In this document: piece by piece, positions 9,778 to 19,877 of the stretch
Position numbering within the stretch: position 1 is the first letter of the stretch
Layout: the number at the start of each line of letters is the position of its first letter
Assembly (NCBI GenBank): GCA_041664245.1
Contig: JBAYLC010000002.1
Location: forward strand, 75,593 to 139,592
Source: Minisyncoccota bacterium
Lineage (GTDB): Bacteria > Patescibacteriota > Minisyncoccia > UBA6257 > 2-01-FULL-56-20
DNA length: 64,000 nucleotides
Direction of reading: 5' to 3'
Position numbers and translations under genes: made by a program
Notes under the pieces: generated by a model
The model's input: only the letters and a program-made list of their open reading frames with translations
Told to the model about the DNA's origin: nothing
The model's database searches: none

Positions 9778-10293
9778 TTATTTTATGATTTTGTAATGAA
9801 GTTGGATTTCGTTTTTGGAAATAAGAATTGTTTCGATTAACTTTAGATTTTTTTCAAACTGAGCTGGAGAAAAGAGGGGAATGCCGTGGCCGAAAACTAG
9901 AGGTTCAATAGTAATATAGATTTCGTCAATTAAATTCTCTTTTATAAAGCTGGCATTGATTTTGCTGCCGCCGGCTAAAAAGGCGGTATCCATTCCGCGA
10001 TTTTCGAGGAGTTTCAAGATATCGCGAGGTTTTTTATTGCTGATGATAACGTTGCTTTTTTCTGAAAGCAATTCCGGGTTTGTGGTTAGAACAATATTAA
10101 GACGATCAGGAAGAGGAAAATTACCTTCGTTTTTTAGGATTTCGTAAGTAGCGCGGCCAAAGATGACATTACCGCATTCCTTGCTTATTTCTGAGAATTT
10201 CTTTAGGTCTTCGGAGCTAGTCCAGTTAGAGTCGTAGTTTTCCCGGGCGATAAAACCATTAACCGTTGTGGCCATATAGAGAATGGTCCGCAT
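9778..10293 (-). CDS. Dihydrofolate reductase-family protein (RibD C-terminal-like)
   Basis: MATTVNGFIA...FGRATYE...LAGGSKIN...IYITIEPLVFGHGIPLF matches RibD_C / YwjB-type reductases. Confidence 0.6.
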   Translation of the reverse strand: MRTILYMATTVNGFIARENYDSNWTSSEDLKKFSEISKECGNVIFGRATYEILKNEGNFPLPDRLNIVLTTNPELLSEKSNVIISNKKPRDILKLLENRGMDTAFLAGGSKINASFIKENLIDEIYITIEPLVFGHGIPLFSPAQFEKNLKLIETILISKNEIQLHYKIIK

Positions 10294-10379
10294 TCGTTAA
10301 CTATAAAGGAATATATTAGCTTTATCTAGTTTTCTATTTTGAATAGATGAATGATTGTTTGTTTTGAAAAATGGCTGAT

Positions 10380-10439
10380 TTGACGATTAATAATATATTT
10401 CTATAATTAACATATCCTACCTTTCCTACTTATAGGAAA
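10380..10439 (+). promoter_or_regulatory. Sigma70-like promoter (TTGACG-16-TATAAT) followed by a perfect palindrome TTTCCTA-N4-TAGGAAA, a candidate operator for the downstream AbrB-like gene
   Basis: Read directly: TTGACG at 10380-10385, TATAAT at 10402-10407, inverted repeat at 10422-10439, ATG at 10450. Confidence 0.45.
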
Positions 10440-10449
10440 TATTACAATT

Positions 10450-10704
10450 ATGAAAACAAACAAAAAAGAAAAAAAGTTTTACGGATTAACGACAATAGGT
10501 GAAAAAGGCCAAGTGGTTGTTCCGGCACTAGCGCGGAAGGCAATGAGTTTGAAAAAAGGCGAAAAGCTTCTAGTTTTTGGACGAGGGCAGGATATGGTGG
10601 GATTTTGCAAATTGGCGAATTTGGAAAAATTAGCTTCTCATTTAACGGAACAGTTAGGAACGATTAAGGGAATTATTAGGAAAACTAAAGCGAAAAGATT
10701 TTAG
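10450..10704 (+). CDS. AbrB/MazE/SpoVT-family DNA-binding protein
   Basis: 84 aa with a swapped-hairpin-like segment GQVVVPALARKAMSLKKGEKLLVF. Confidence 0.5.
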   Translation: MKTNKKEKKFYGLTTIGEKGQVVVPALARKAMSLKKGEKLLVFGRGQDMVGFCKLANLEKLASHLTEQLGTIKGIIRKTKAKRF

Positions 10705-10733
10705 AATTAAGAATACGGAATATTAAATTTAAG

Positions 10734-11528
10734 ATGAATATTATTGAGGCAAAAAATTTAACCAAGAAATTTAAAGATTTTACGGCTGTAAATAATGTTT
10801 CTTTCCAAGTTCAACGGGGTGAAATTTTTGCCTTTTTGGGACCAAATGGAGCGGGCAAGAGCACGACAATTAAAATGCTTACGACTTTGCTTTTGCCGAC
10901 CAGCGGTGAAATTACGGTTGTGGGGAGTAATCCCATTGTTGAGCAAGATAAAGTTAGAAAATCTTTTGGAATTGTTTTCCAAGACCCAAGTTTGGACGAT
11001 GAGCTTACTACTTACGAAAATATGGAATACCACGGAGTTTTGTATCGGGTGCCGAAAGAGTTGCGGATAAAAAGGATTGAGGAGCTTTTGAAATTTGTTG
11101 AACTTTGGGAGCGAAAAGATGATTTGGTGAAGACTTTTTCGGGCGGAATGAAACGAAGGCTAGAAATCGCTCGAGGACTTTTGCACCATCCGAAAGTGTT
11201 GTTTTTAGACGAGCCGACTCTAGGGCTTGATCCACAGACTAGAAATCATATTTGGAGTTATATCGGGCGTTTAAATAAAGAAGAAGGAATGACAATATTT
11301 TTTACAACCCACTATATGGAAGAGGCCGAGAAAATCGCGAATACGGTGGCTATTATTGACCACGGCAAAATAATCGTTCAGGGATCGCCCGCCGAGCTTA
11401 AAACCAAAACTGGAACAAATACATTGGAGGAGGCATTTTTGAAATTCACCGGAACGGTTATCCGGGAAGAAGAAGCAGGTAGCGCTGACCAAATGAGAAT
11501 GCGGCACCGATTATGGACAAAAAAATAA
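10734..11528 (+). CDS. ABC transporter ATP-binding protein (ABC-2 subtype)
   Basis: Walker A GPNGAGKST, signature FSGGMKRRLEIAR, Walker B LFLDEPT. Confidence 0.8.
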   Translation: MNIIEAKNLTKKFKDFTAVNNVSFQVQRGEIFAFLGPNGAGKSTTIKMLTTLLLPTSGEITVVGSNPIVEQDKVRKSFGIVFQDPSLDDELTTYENMEYHGVLYRVPKELRIKRIEELLKFVELWERKDDLVKTFSGGMKRRLEIARGLLHHPKVLFLDEPTLGLDPQTRNHIWSYIGRLNKEEGMTIFFTTHYMEEAEKIANTVAIIDHGKIIVQGSPAELKTKTGTNTLEEAFLKFTGTVIREEEAGSADQMRMRHRLWTKK

Positions 11529-11529
11529 T

Positions 11530-12276
11530 ATGAATATAATTTATATTCTTTGGCTTAGACAATTAAAGAGATATTTTCGATCAAAAGCGAGAATAATTGG
11601 TTCTTTGGCGCAACCGCTTTTGTTTTTGGTGGCATTGGGATTTGGTTTCGGGCCAATTTTTCAAAAAGCGGGCGGGGGAAATTATATGGAATTTTTGGCG
11701 CCGGGGATTATCTCAATGAGCATACTTTTCACGGCGATATTTGCTGGAATCGAGGTGATTTGGGATAAGCAGTTCGGTTTTTTGAAAGAGACACTGGTGG
11801 CGCCGGTTTCAAGAGTACAAATTATGTTTGGCCGGACTTTAGGCGGAGCTACGGTAGCGACATTGCAAGGTTTGATTGTTTTTATTCTTTCGGTTTTGAT
11901 CGGATTTGAACCGATCAGCCTGGTAGCTGTTCCTTTGTCAATTTTATTTATGTTCATGATTGCTTTGATATTTACGGCTTTAGGAACGGCTATCGCCTCA
12001 GCGCTTGATGATATGCAAGGCTTTCAACTGATTATGAATTTTTTGGTGATGCCGCTCTTCTTTCTTTCAGGAGCATTATTTCCTTTAAGCGGTTTGCCGC
12101 CAATAATAAAAACAGTGGCAAGTATTGATCCTTTATCTTACGGGGTTGATTCGTTGAGAGGCGCTCTGACGGGGGTATATCATTTCGGCTTCTTTTTGGA
12201 TTTTGCAATTCTTGGCGCGCTGATTGTTATTTTTATCTGGCTTGGAAGCTATATGTTTCGGCGGATTCAGATTTAA
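11530..12276 (+). CDS. ABC-2 type transporter permease
   Basis: Six-TM hydrophobic protein translationally coupled to the upstream ABC ATPase. Confidence 0.7.
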   Translation: MNIIYILWLRQLKRYFRSKARIIGSLAQPLLFLVALGFGFGPIFQKAGGGNYMEFLAPGIISMSILFTAIFAGIEVIWDKQFGFLKETLVAPVSRVQIMFGRTLGGATVATLQGLIVFILSVLIGFEPISLVAVPLSILFMFMIALIFTALGTAIASALDDMQGFQLIMNFLVMPLFFLSGALFPLSGLPPIIKTVASIDPLSYGVDSLRGALTGVYHFGFFLDFAILGALIVIFIWLGSYMFRRIQI

Positions 12277-12292
12277 CGTATTATTCTTAAAT

Positions 12293-12868
12293 ATGACCCA
12301 GACCACGGATGAAGAGTTAATTAAAAAATATTTGTCGGGAGATGAACCGGCATTTCGGGAACTTACTGAACGTTATCTGAAGCCGATTTATAATTTTGTT
12401 TACCGTTATACAAAGAGCGGCGATTCGGCCGAAGATATCACACAAGATGTTTTTGTTAATGTCTGGAAGAGCATTAAAAAGTTTGACCAAGATAAAAAAT
12501 TTAAGACGTGGATATTTACGATTGCCAAAAACACTTCTCTAAATTGGGTTAAAAAAAAGAAACCACTTTTATTTTCGGAATTATCCGGTTCGGATAAGAA
12601 AAATGAGAAAGAAAGCTATTCATTTGAGGATTCTCTTCGGGATCCGGCGCCGCTGCCAGATGAGGTTTTTGCCAACGCTGATTTGAAAAATAAATTGGAG
12701 TTGGCGATGTCAAGTTTGGATAATAATTATCGAGCAGTGCTTTTCCTCCACTATAACGACCATTTTACCTTTCAGGAGATTTCGGAGATGTTAGGGAAAT
12801 CAATCAATACGATAAAAAGCCAGCATCGGCGGGGAATTGTGTTGCTCAAAAAAGTTTTAACTGTCTAA
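12293..12868 (+). CDS. RNA polymerase sigma-70 factor, ECF subfamily
   Basis: Region 2 (YLKPIYNFVYRY...AEDITQDVFVNVW) and region 4 (LFLHYNDHFTFQEISEMLGKSINTIKSQHRRG). The likely true start is MTQTT at 12293, inside the longer listed ORF 12224. Confidence 0.8.
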   Translation: MTQTTDEELIKKYLSGDEPAFRELTERYLKPIYNFVYRYTKSGDSAEDITQDVFVNVWKSIKKFDQDKKFKTWIFTIAKNTSLNWVKKKKPLLFSELSGSDKKNEKESYSFEDSLRDPAPLPDEVFANADLKNKLELAMSSLDNNYRAVLFLHYNDHFTFQEISEMLGKSINTIKSQHRRGIVLLKKVLTV

Positions 12869-12906
12869 GGTGCACCAATAAGTCTTTCTTAGTTGTACTA
12901 GAAAGT

Positions 12907-13329
12907 ATGAGAGGGGATTATGAGCGTCTTTTCGGGCAGATTGACCATTTGGAACCGCCCGATGGGCTTTTGGATAAGATTATTTTACGGATTAATACCG
13001 AAAGAAGGCGGCGAACTATCAGATTCAGGATTGGTTTATTTGGGGTTTTGGCAGTGACGGCGGTTGCGGCCTTCATTCCAGCTTGGCAGGAGCTTCAAAG
13101 CGAGATGGCGGGGTCGGGGTTTTCCCAGTTTTTTTCTTTGATTTTTTCCGATACGCAAGTTGTGCTCACGTATTGGCGGGAGTTTATTCTGTCTCTAATC
13201 GAATCAATGCCAATACTTGGTATAACGGTGGTGCTTGGCTTGGTTTTAGTGTTTCTTGCTTCGGTTAAATTTCTTGTGAGAGATTTTAGCGCCGTATTCT
13301 CAAGGTCGCAACTTATTAAAACAAATTAA
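12907..13329 (+). CDS. Putative anti-sigma factor / membrane protein
   Basis: Cytoplasmic N-terminus followed by a TM segment, directly after the ECF sigma. The call rests on position only. Confidence 0.4.
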   Translation: MRGDYERLFGQIDHLEPPDGLLDKIILRINTERRRRTIRFRIGLFGVLAVTAVAAFIPAWQELQSEMAGSGFSQFFSLIFSDTQVVLTYWREFILSLIESMPILGITVVLGLVLVFLASVKFLVRDFSAVFSRSQLIKTN

Positions 13330-13330
13330 A

Positions 13331-13831
13331 ATGAATTTGAAGGATATAAAACTAAAAAATTTTTTCCAATCAAAAATATTTTTGCGGTTTATGATTGGGT
13401 TGGCTGTCTTGGTTGTGCTATTAGTGGTTTTTCAGGCCGGAGAGATGATGGGTTTCAAACGAGCCAGTTTTTCTTATCAATGGGGAGAGAATTATTTCAG
13501 GGGGGTGGCTGGGCCGAGAGGTGGTTTTCCTGATGACTTTCGAAACGGAGGTTATTTGCGGGGCAACGGAATTTTCGGTTCAATAATTAGTGTTGCTAGT
13601 TCGACTTTAATTATTCAGGACCAGAATAATATTGAAAAAAATATTCTTGTTTCCAAAGAAACGGTCATAAGGCGCTTTCGAGATTCCATAACCGCAAGCG
13701 ATTTAAAGCCAAATGAAAAAGTGACAGTGATTGGTTCGCCGAATAGCAGCGGGCAGATTGAGGCAAAATTAATCAGGGTGGTTTCTGATTTGCCGCCTAT
13801 TTTGCCGAACGGAGAAATGATGAAAAATTAA
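13331..13831 (+). CDS. Secreted/membrane-anchored Gly-rich protein, paralog of 17721..18143
   Basis: N-terminal TM, a Gly/Arg-rich segment, and a C-terminal block KVTVIGSPNSSGQIEAKLI resembling ITVIGSANSDGSITAQSI in the downstream paralog. Confidence 0.4.
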   Translation: MNLKDIKLKNFFQSKIFLRFMIGLAVLVVLLVVFQAGEMMGFKRASFSYQWGENYFRGVAGPRGGFPDDFRNGGYLRGNGIFGSIISVASSTLIIQDQNNIEKNILVSKETVIRRFRDSITASDLKPNEKVTVIGSPNSSGQIEAKLIRVVSDLPPILPNGEMMKN

Positions 13832-13833
13832 AA

Positions 13834-15663
13834 ATGAATAAATTTTTAAATCATAAAAATTTCTTTAAGCGGATTTTAGGAAGAGCGCTGGCGCATAAGG
13901 TTATTTCTGTGTTTATTATTTTAGCGGTGGTTTTTGGGGGTTATTACGTTTATGGAAAATTAAAGGGGAGTAGCGTGGAAACACGTTACGTTTTAGCGGC
14001 GGCACAGAAAGGAACTCTGGTCACTTCGGTGTCTGGTTCTGGACAGGTTTCGGCTTCGAACCAGGTGGATATTAAACCAAAAGTTTCCGGTGATGTTATT
14101 TCGGTTGCGGCTATTGCGGGACAGAAAATAAAAGCTGGCGGATTAATTTTAAGAATTGATTCGACCGATGCCGAGAAAGCGGTGCGGGATGCCAAAGCTA
14201 ATTTAGAAAGCGCACAAATTGCTTTAGAAAAAATAAAACAGCCGGCGGATGCCCTTTCGACAACCCAGGCGGAGAACGCTTTAACGCAAGCTCAACGGTC
14301 TAAGCAAAATGCCCAAGATGATTTGCAAAAAATTTATGATGATGGTTTCAATACCGTGGCTAACGCTTTTATTGATTTACCGGGAGTAGTAACGGGATTG
14401 GATACGATTTTAAATGGCAGTAGTGTTAATGGAAATCAAAGTAATGCTAACGCGTATGCGGACATGATAAGAAGTTATAAATCTGATATTGATCAATTTC
14501 GCGATTCAGCTTTAGCAGCTTATAAGAAAGCAAGAATAGCTTATGATAAAAATTTGCAAGATTATAAAAACACAAGCCGGTATTCCGATCGGACGGTGAT
14601 AGACTCTTTAATTAACGAATCATACGAAACTACAAAGTTGATTTCGGAGGCAATTAAAAATACAAAGAGTTTGCTGGATTTAGTGAATGACATTTTGACG
14701 AGCGGCAGTTATCGGAACACAAAGCCGCCAACAGTACTTGCCACTCACGAGAGCAATCTTCAGAGTTATACTGGGACTACTAATACTCACTTGGGGAATC
14801 TGCTTAATGTGGAAAATTCGATAAAGAGCGATCTCGACACAATTACAAGTTCGGATTTAACGATAAAGGAAAAAACCGAGGCTCTGGCTAAACTGAAGGC
14901 AGGCGCCGATACCTTGGATATTCAATCCCAAGAATTAAGCGTGAAGCAGCGGCAAAATTCCCTGTTGGATGCCCAACAAACTTTGGCGGATTATTTTATT
15001 CGAGCGCCATTTGATGGAGTAGTCGCTAAAATGAATGTTAAAAAGGGGGACTCGGCTGGTTCGGGAACAGCGGTAGCAACGGTGATCACAAGTAAAAAAA
15101 TCGCGCAATTATCCCTAAATGAAGTGGATGTGGCAAAAATAAAAATTGGCCAAAAAGCGACTTTAACTTTTGACGCTTTTTCTGATTTAACAATTGCTGG
15201 GGAAGTAACTTCGGTTGATACAATCGGGACGGTAACGCAAGGAGTGGTTAATTATAATATTGATATTGCTTTTGATACTCAAGACGATCGGGTAAAACCG
15301 GCGATGAGTGTTTCAGCGGCAATCATTACTGACACCAAGCTGGATGTTTTATTGGTGCCAAATTCGGCGGTTAAATCACAGGGAAATACTCATTATATTG
15401 AGATGCTTGCGGCAATAGGTTCGTCAGCAACGACCACCTCAAATCAAGGCGTTGTTTCGGTAACTCCACCCAATCGACAGTCAGTGGAAATCGGAATTAG
15501 CAATGATTCTTATACCGAGATAGTAAGTGGTCTCCAAGAGGGGGAGGAAGTAGTGACTAGGACAATAACGGGAACAGCAACAGCGGCAACGACTTCAGGC
15601 CAACCAACTACTAAGAGTTCTAATGTGAGAATTCCTGGTTTAGGCGGGGGATTTGGGGGTTAA
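13834..15663 (+). CDS. HlyD/MacA-family periplasmic adaptor (membrane fusion protein)
   Basis: N-terminal TM, a biotin-lipoyl-like hairpin (VDIKPKVSGDVISV...LRIDS), long coiled-coil and a beta-barrel. Upstream of a MacB-like ABC pair. Confidence 0.7.
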   Translation: MNKFLNHKNFFKRILGRALAHKVISVFIILAVVFGGYYVYGKLKGSSVETRYVLAAAQKGTLVTSVSGSGQVSASNQVDIKPKVSGDVISVAAIAGQKIKAGGLILRIDSTDAEKAVRDAKANLESAQIALEKIKQPADALSTTQAENALTQAQRSKQNAQDDLQKIYDDGFNTVANAFIDLPGVVTGLDTILNGSSVNGNQSNANAYADMIRSYKSDIDQFRDSALAAYKKARIAYDKNLQDYKNTSRYSDRTVIDSLINESYETTKLISEAIKNTKSLLDLVNDILTSGSYRNTKPPTVLATHESNLQSYTGTTNTHLGNLLNVENSIKSDLDTITSSDLTIKEKTEALAKLKAGADTLDIQSQELSVKQRQNSLLDAQQTLADYFIRAPFDGVVAKMNVKKGDSAGSGTAVATVITSKKIAQLSLNEVDVAKIKIGQKATLTFDAFSDLTIAGEVTSVDTIGTVTQGVVNYNIDIAFDTQDDRVKPAMSVSAAIITDTKLDVLLVPNSAVKSQGNTHYIEMLAAIGSSATTTSNQGVVSVTPPNRQSVEIGISNDSYTEIVSGLQEGEEVVTRTITGTATAATTSGQPTTKSSNVRIPGLGGGFGG

Positions 15664-15673
15664 GTTTTTGATT

Positions 15674-16387
15674 ATGATTGAATGCGAAAATATTTTCAAA
15701 ATCTATAAAAATGGCGATGAGGAGACTACTGTCTTAAAGGAGATTTCATTTACTATTAAGGATGGCGAGTTTGTGGCAATTATGGGGCCATCTGGTTCGG
15801 GAAAATCTACCCTAATGCACATTATTGGGGCGTTGGATACGCCATCTTCGGGAAAGTACGAGTTGGATAACCACGACGTATCAAAACTCTCTGATGATGA
15901 ATTGGCGGACATCCGGCGAAGTAAAATTGGTTTTGTTTTCCAATCTTTTAATCTTCTTTCTCGTTCGACGGTCCTTCGGAATGTTATGTTGCCGCTTGTT
16001 TATTCGGGAGTTTCTAAAATAAAAAGAGACGAACAGGCAAAAAGCGCTCTTATGGCCGCTGGATTACCAGAAGACAGGTGGAACCATCTTTCTAATCAAC
16101 TTTCGGGAGGGCAGATGCAACGAGTGGCAATTGCTCGGGCGCTCGTTAATAATCCGAGTATTATTTTGGCCGATGAGCCGACTGGAAATTTAGATTCAAA
16201 AACCGGAGAGATTGTATTGGGAACATTTCAGGAGCTAAATCATAAACACAACCATACAATAGTGTTGATTACTCATGAGCCTTATGTGGCGGAACATGCT
16301 GATAGGATTATCCACATTCAAGACGGTTCAATCCTGGAAGACAAAAAAAATTCTAAAAAACGAGTTGTTCATAATCATGATAATTAA
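15674..16387 (+). CDS. MacB/LolD-type ABC transporter ATP-binding protein
   Basis: Walker [10 protein letters not shown], signature [13 protein letters not shown], Walker [12 protein letters not shown]. An alternative start at 15653 would overlap the adaptor gene. Confidence 0.8.
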   Translation: MIECENIFKIYKNGDEETTVLKEISFTIKDGEFVAIMGPSGSGKSTLMHIIGALDTPSSGKYELDNHDVSKLSDDELADIRRSKIGFVFQSFNLLSRSTVLRNVMLPLVYSGVSKIKRDEQAKSALMAAGLPEDRWNHLSNQLSGGQMQRVAIARALVNNPSIILADEPTGNLDSKTGEIVLGTFQELNHKHNHTIVLITHEPYVAEHADRIIHIQDGSILEDKKNSKKRVVHNHDN

Positions 16388-16389
16388 AA

Positions 16390-17613
16390 ATGAAATTTTC
16401 TGATTTATTACAAGAAACATATTCATCGCTTACCGTAAATAAGGCAAGATCAAGTTTGACGATCTTGGGAATTGTGATTGGCATTGGTTCGGTGATCGCT
16501 ATGGTTTCTATCGGCCAAGGAGCGCAAGGCTCCATTGAAGCGAGAATTCAATCGATCGGATCAAATTTAATTCAAGTAACACCAGGGGCGCAGAGGGGGG
16601 TGGGCGTGCAAGTAAGTGCCGGCCGAGGTTCAGCTCAAACGCTAACTCAAGTAGATGCTGACGCGATTATCAAAGAGGTGACTTTAGCCAAGGCGGTGGC
16701 GCCGGAAATTTCGAAAAGATATCAAGTGACGGCGAAGGGAACGAATACTAATACCCAAGTGATTGGAACGGTGTCGGCTTATCCGGAAGTTAGGAGCGTG
16801 GAAATTGATCAGGGCTCTTTTATAACTGATGACAATGTAAGGAGTTTAGCTAGGGTAGCCGTGCTTGGTCCGACTACTCGGGATGATTTATTTGGACAGG
16901 GATCTGATGCTATTGGGCAAACGGTTAGAATCAACAAAGTTGATTTTAGGATAGTTGGCGTTACAAAAGCTAAAGGGGGAACTGGGTTTGGCAGCCAAGA
17001 CGATATGATCTTTGTGCCGCTCTCAACGGCGCAAAGGTTTTTAGCTGGGGATACTTATGTGACGACTATCAGTATTCAGGCGCAAGACCAAAGTTCAATG
17101 ACGGAAATCCAGCAGCAAGTGACGGATCTTTTGCTCCAAAGGCATAATATATCCGATTCTTCCGCCGCAGATTTTAGTGTTTTGAATCAGGCCGATTTAG
17201 TGGCAACGGCGTCTTCTGTCACCGATACTTTGACTATCCTCTTGGGAGCTATTGCCGGAATATCGCTCGTGGTCGGGGGAATCGGGATTATGAATATGAT
17301 GTTGACGACTGTTACTGAAAGAACTAGAGAAATTGGATTAAGAAAGGCTATTGGAGCAAGAAGATCTGATATAAGCACGCAATTTTTAGTCGAGTCAGTG
17401 ACCTTAACTTTTATCGGCGGAGTTATTGGAATAATTTTTGGCTGGCTGGCAGCTTTGGCAGTAACTCAATTTGCTGGGATCACAACTTCTATTTCTTTGA
17501 TGTCGGTAAGTTTGGCGGTTGGTGTTTCGGCAGCAATTGGAATTGTTTTTGGATATTATCCGGCTAGAAGAGCGGCTGGACTTAATCCAATTGACGCATT
17601 GAGATACGAATAA
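16390..17613 (+). CDS. MacB-type ABC transporter permease (FtsX-like, with periplasmic domain)
   Basis: N-terminal TM, a large periplasmic domain, and three C-terminal FtsX-like TMs (GIGIMNMMLTTVTERTREIGLRKAIGA). Confidence 0.8.
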   Translation: MKFSDLLQETYSSLTVNKARSSLTILGIVIGIGSVIAMVSIGQGAQGSIEARIQSIGSNLIQVTPGAQRGVGVQVSAGRGSAQTLTQVDADAIIKEVTLAKAVAPEISKRYQVTAKGTNTNTQVIGTVSAYPEVRSVEIDQGSFITDDNVRSLARVAVLGPTTRDDLFGQGSDAIGQTVRINKVDFRIVGVTKAKGGTGFGSQDDMIFVPLSTAQRFLAGDTYVTTISIQAQDQSSMTEIQQQVTDLLLQRHNISDSSAADFSVLNQADLVATASSVTDTLTILLGAIAGISLVVGGIGIMNMMLTTVTERTREIGLRKAIGARRSDISTQFLVESVTLTFIGGVIGIIFGWLAALAVTQFAGITTSISLMSVSLAVGVSAAIGIVFGYYPARRAAGLNPIDALRYE

Positions 17614-17720
17614 CTAATGACTTATGACTGATTACTTTTGATTTATGACATTGCAAGGTCGAAAAATAAATAACCCGCTAAAATTTTTAGCAAAAAACTT
17701 AGGCGGGTGAACCAAAAAAT

Positions 17721-18143
17721 ATGAAAAAAATTTTACCAATTATTATAGCGATTATTGTGGCTGGGGGATTAGGATTTTATATTGGCACGAAATCAACTGG
17801 CGGAGGAAATACGCCGGCCGACAATAATAAGCAAATAGGATCCCAGAATTTTCAGCCAGGTAGCGGTTTTGGGGCGGGCCGGCGCGCCGGGGTAGGAACT
17901 GGTGGCGGTTTCGTGAGTGGTGATGTTATAAAGAAAGATGCGACGAGTATTACTGTCCAGACGAATGAGGGCAGCTCTAAGGTTATTCTTATTTCTGACA
18001 CTACGCCGGTAATGAAAGAGGCATCAGGAACTTTAGGTGATGTCTTAGTCGGTAAACAGATCACAGTCATTGGAAGCGCTAATTCGGACGGCAGTATTAC
18101 TGCACAGTCGATTCAATTAAGGCCGAATCTAAGAAATAATTAA
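17721..18143 (+). CDS. Secreted Gly-rich protein, paralog of 13331..13831
   Basis: Signal/TM, G-rich linker and a conserved C-terminal block, directly downstream of the exporter genes. Confidence 0.45.
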   Translation: MKKILPIIIAIIVAGGLGFYIGTKSTGGGNTPADNNKQIGSQNFQPGSGFGAGRRAGVGTGGGFVSGDVIKKDATSITVQTNEGSSKVILISDTTPVMKEASGTLGDVLVGKQITVIGSANSDGSITAQSIQLRPNLRNN

Positions 18144-18402
18144 GCGGCTTATTAAAGAAAATAATTTTGGACTGGAATTATCGGTTTGATTACCGAGAGG
18201 CGTTTTTATAAAACCGGAAGCTATCCCCAAAAAGATTTATTTTGAACTATTTGTTCTATGGTTTGAAATGAAACAAATTTGGACCCTAAACTGTATTAGT
18301 TAGTGGAGGGATTGAAAATCAAGCTTGGGGAGTGTTTTATCGAACCTTTTTCACTTTCCTTGCTTGGTTTTCGGTTCCAACGTTTATGAAACTGGTTTTT
18401 TG

Positions 18403-19128
18403 TTATCTTATTTCAGTCCATTCTTTAGAGAATACTTTGTCAAAAACATGAAAATGGACGGTGTTTATCAAGAATAGGACAACGAGACGAGACCAGCCAA
18501 CTTGATGGGCTCTCCGGCCGGTATGATAGACGATAAGTTTTGGATCGGAAGTAACTTTACCAATTTTAGAAAGCCGTTTAAATAAATCGCGATCTTCGCG
18601 AGTTACAAGGTCTTCACGATAACCATTTACGAGTTTAAATGATTCACGACGGATCATTTGGAATTCGCCGCCAGCGGCATCACCACTATTGAATTTGTTG
18701 TTTTTTATCCTGGTTAGAAAATTCATAAGACCGAAGAAGAATTTATCGGTTCGGGTTTCGTGTTCGGGTTTAACTAAAATCTGGCCCGCCAGCGCGACAA
18801 GGTTTTTGTTGGCTTCAAAATTAGCAAGCGCCATTTTAAAAAACTGGTTGGGGTTTGGTATGGAGCAGTCGGCATCTAGAAACACTAAGAATTCGCCAAC
18901 AGCGGTTTTGGCGCCGTCATTCCGGCCCTGGGCGATGGTTTGGCGATTAAGGCCGGAAAATACCACTACCTTGTTTGTGTATTGTTTAGCGATTTCTATG
19001 GTTTTATCTTTACTTCCACCATCGGAGATGATTATTTCGTGAGGAAGCTGGAGATTCGATTTAAGAGAATTGAGAATCAAGCCAATCACTTTTTCTTCTT
19101 TAAGAGTAGGGATGATAATCGAAATCAT
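18403..19128 (-). CDS. Glycosyltransferase family 2
   Basis: N-terminal ISIIIPTLKEE...DGGSKDKT and a DxD-like motif FLDAD. Confidence 0.75.
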   Translation of the reverse strand: MISIIIPTLKEEKVIGLILNSLKSNLQLPHEIIISDGGSKDKTIEIAKQYTNKVVVFSGLNRQTIAQGRNDGAKTAVGEFLVFLDADCSIPNPNQFFKMALANFEANKNLVALAGQILVKPEHETRTDKFFFGLMNFLTRIKNNKFNSGDAAGGEFQMIRRESFKLVNGYREDLVTREDRDLFKRLSKIGKVTSDPKLIVYHTGRRAHQVGWSRLVVLFLINTVHFHVFDKVFSKEWTEIR

Positions 19129-19133
19129 ATTTT

Positions 19134-19877
19134 TTATTTTACCAATAGAAAATATAACCTGATAATTTGGTAATATTTTCCGACTGGAGAAACCGTTCGG
19201 GTGATATCAAGCCGCATTCCGAATTCTTTTACAAGGCCTTTTAAAATCCCGATCTTTTTAAATTTCAGCGGATCGGCGAGGCCTTCGCAGTAGACCGATT
19301 TAATTCTTAGTTTATTTTTGATTATAAATCTATTCATATAGCTTTCTATCCCATAGGGCAATAATTCGGAAAGTTTTTTCAGATGAGGAGTAATAAATGT
19401 TTTTGGGAAAACCCGATCGCCGGAGAGCCAGTCAATGCCAATGACGTGCCAGAGCCAAGGAGTGTTTGCTCTTAGGCTAATACTTTGATCGGCTTGATGA
19501 TTTAAGACTGGTTCGATAAGGGCAGTAACGTGTTCTGATTTGAGCCCCTCTAAATCGGCATCGCACATAAAAATCAAATCACCGGTGGCGCGGGAAAACC
19601 CTTCGGCCACGTCAGCGCTTTTCCCGCCCTTTTTTTCTTGGGCGATTAAAATAATATTGGGAAATTCGGCAACGATTTTTCGGGTATTGTCGGTCGAGGC
19701 GCCGTCAACCACGATTATTTCGTTTATTAACGGATGTTTACAGATTACATTTAGGACATCTCTAATTCTTTGTTCTTCGTTGTAGGCGGCGATAACACAG
19801 GAAATTTTTGAAAAATCATTTGGCATTTTTTTATATTTGATTTGATTTTGTAATATTATTTTTAATATATTTTCCAA
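19134..19877 (-). CDS. Glycosyltransferase family 2 (polyprenyl-phosphate sugar transferase-like)
   Basis: ISCVIAAYNEE...VVDGASTDNT...MCDADL pattern. Confidence 0.75.
   Translation of the reverse strand: MENILKIILQNQIKYKKMPNDFSKISCVIAAYNEEQRIRDVLNVICKHPLINEIIVVDGASTDNTRKIVAEFPNIILIAQEKKGGKSADVAEGFSRATGDLIFMCDADLEGLKSEHVTALIEPVLNHQADQSISLRANTPWLWHVIGIDWLSGDRVFPKTFITPHLKKLSELLPYGIESYMNRFIIKNKLRIKSVYCEGLADPLKFKKIGILKGLVKEFGMRLDITRTVSPVGKYYQIIRLYFLLVK

Noticed and set aside
17650-17705. Hairpin ACCCGC…GCGGGT between the MacB permease and the 17721 gene, considered as a terminator
   Set aside because: There is no U-tract after it on the plus strand. On the minus strand there is no upstream gene it could terminate. 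It may be a weak attenuator, but this is not supportable.
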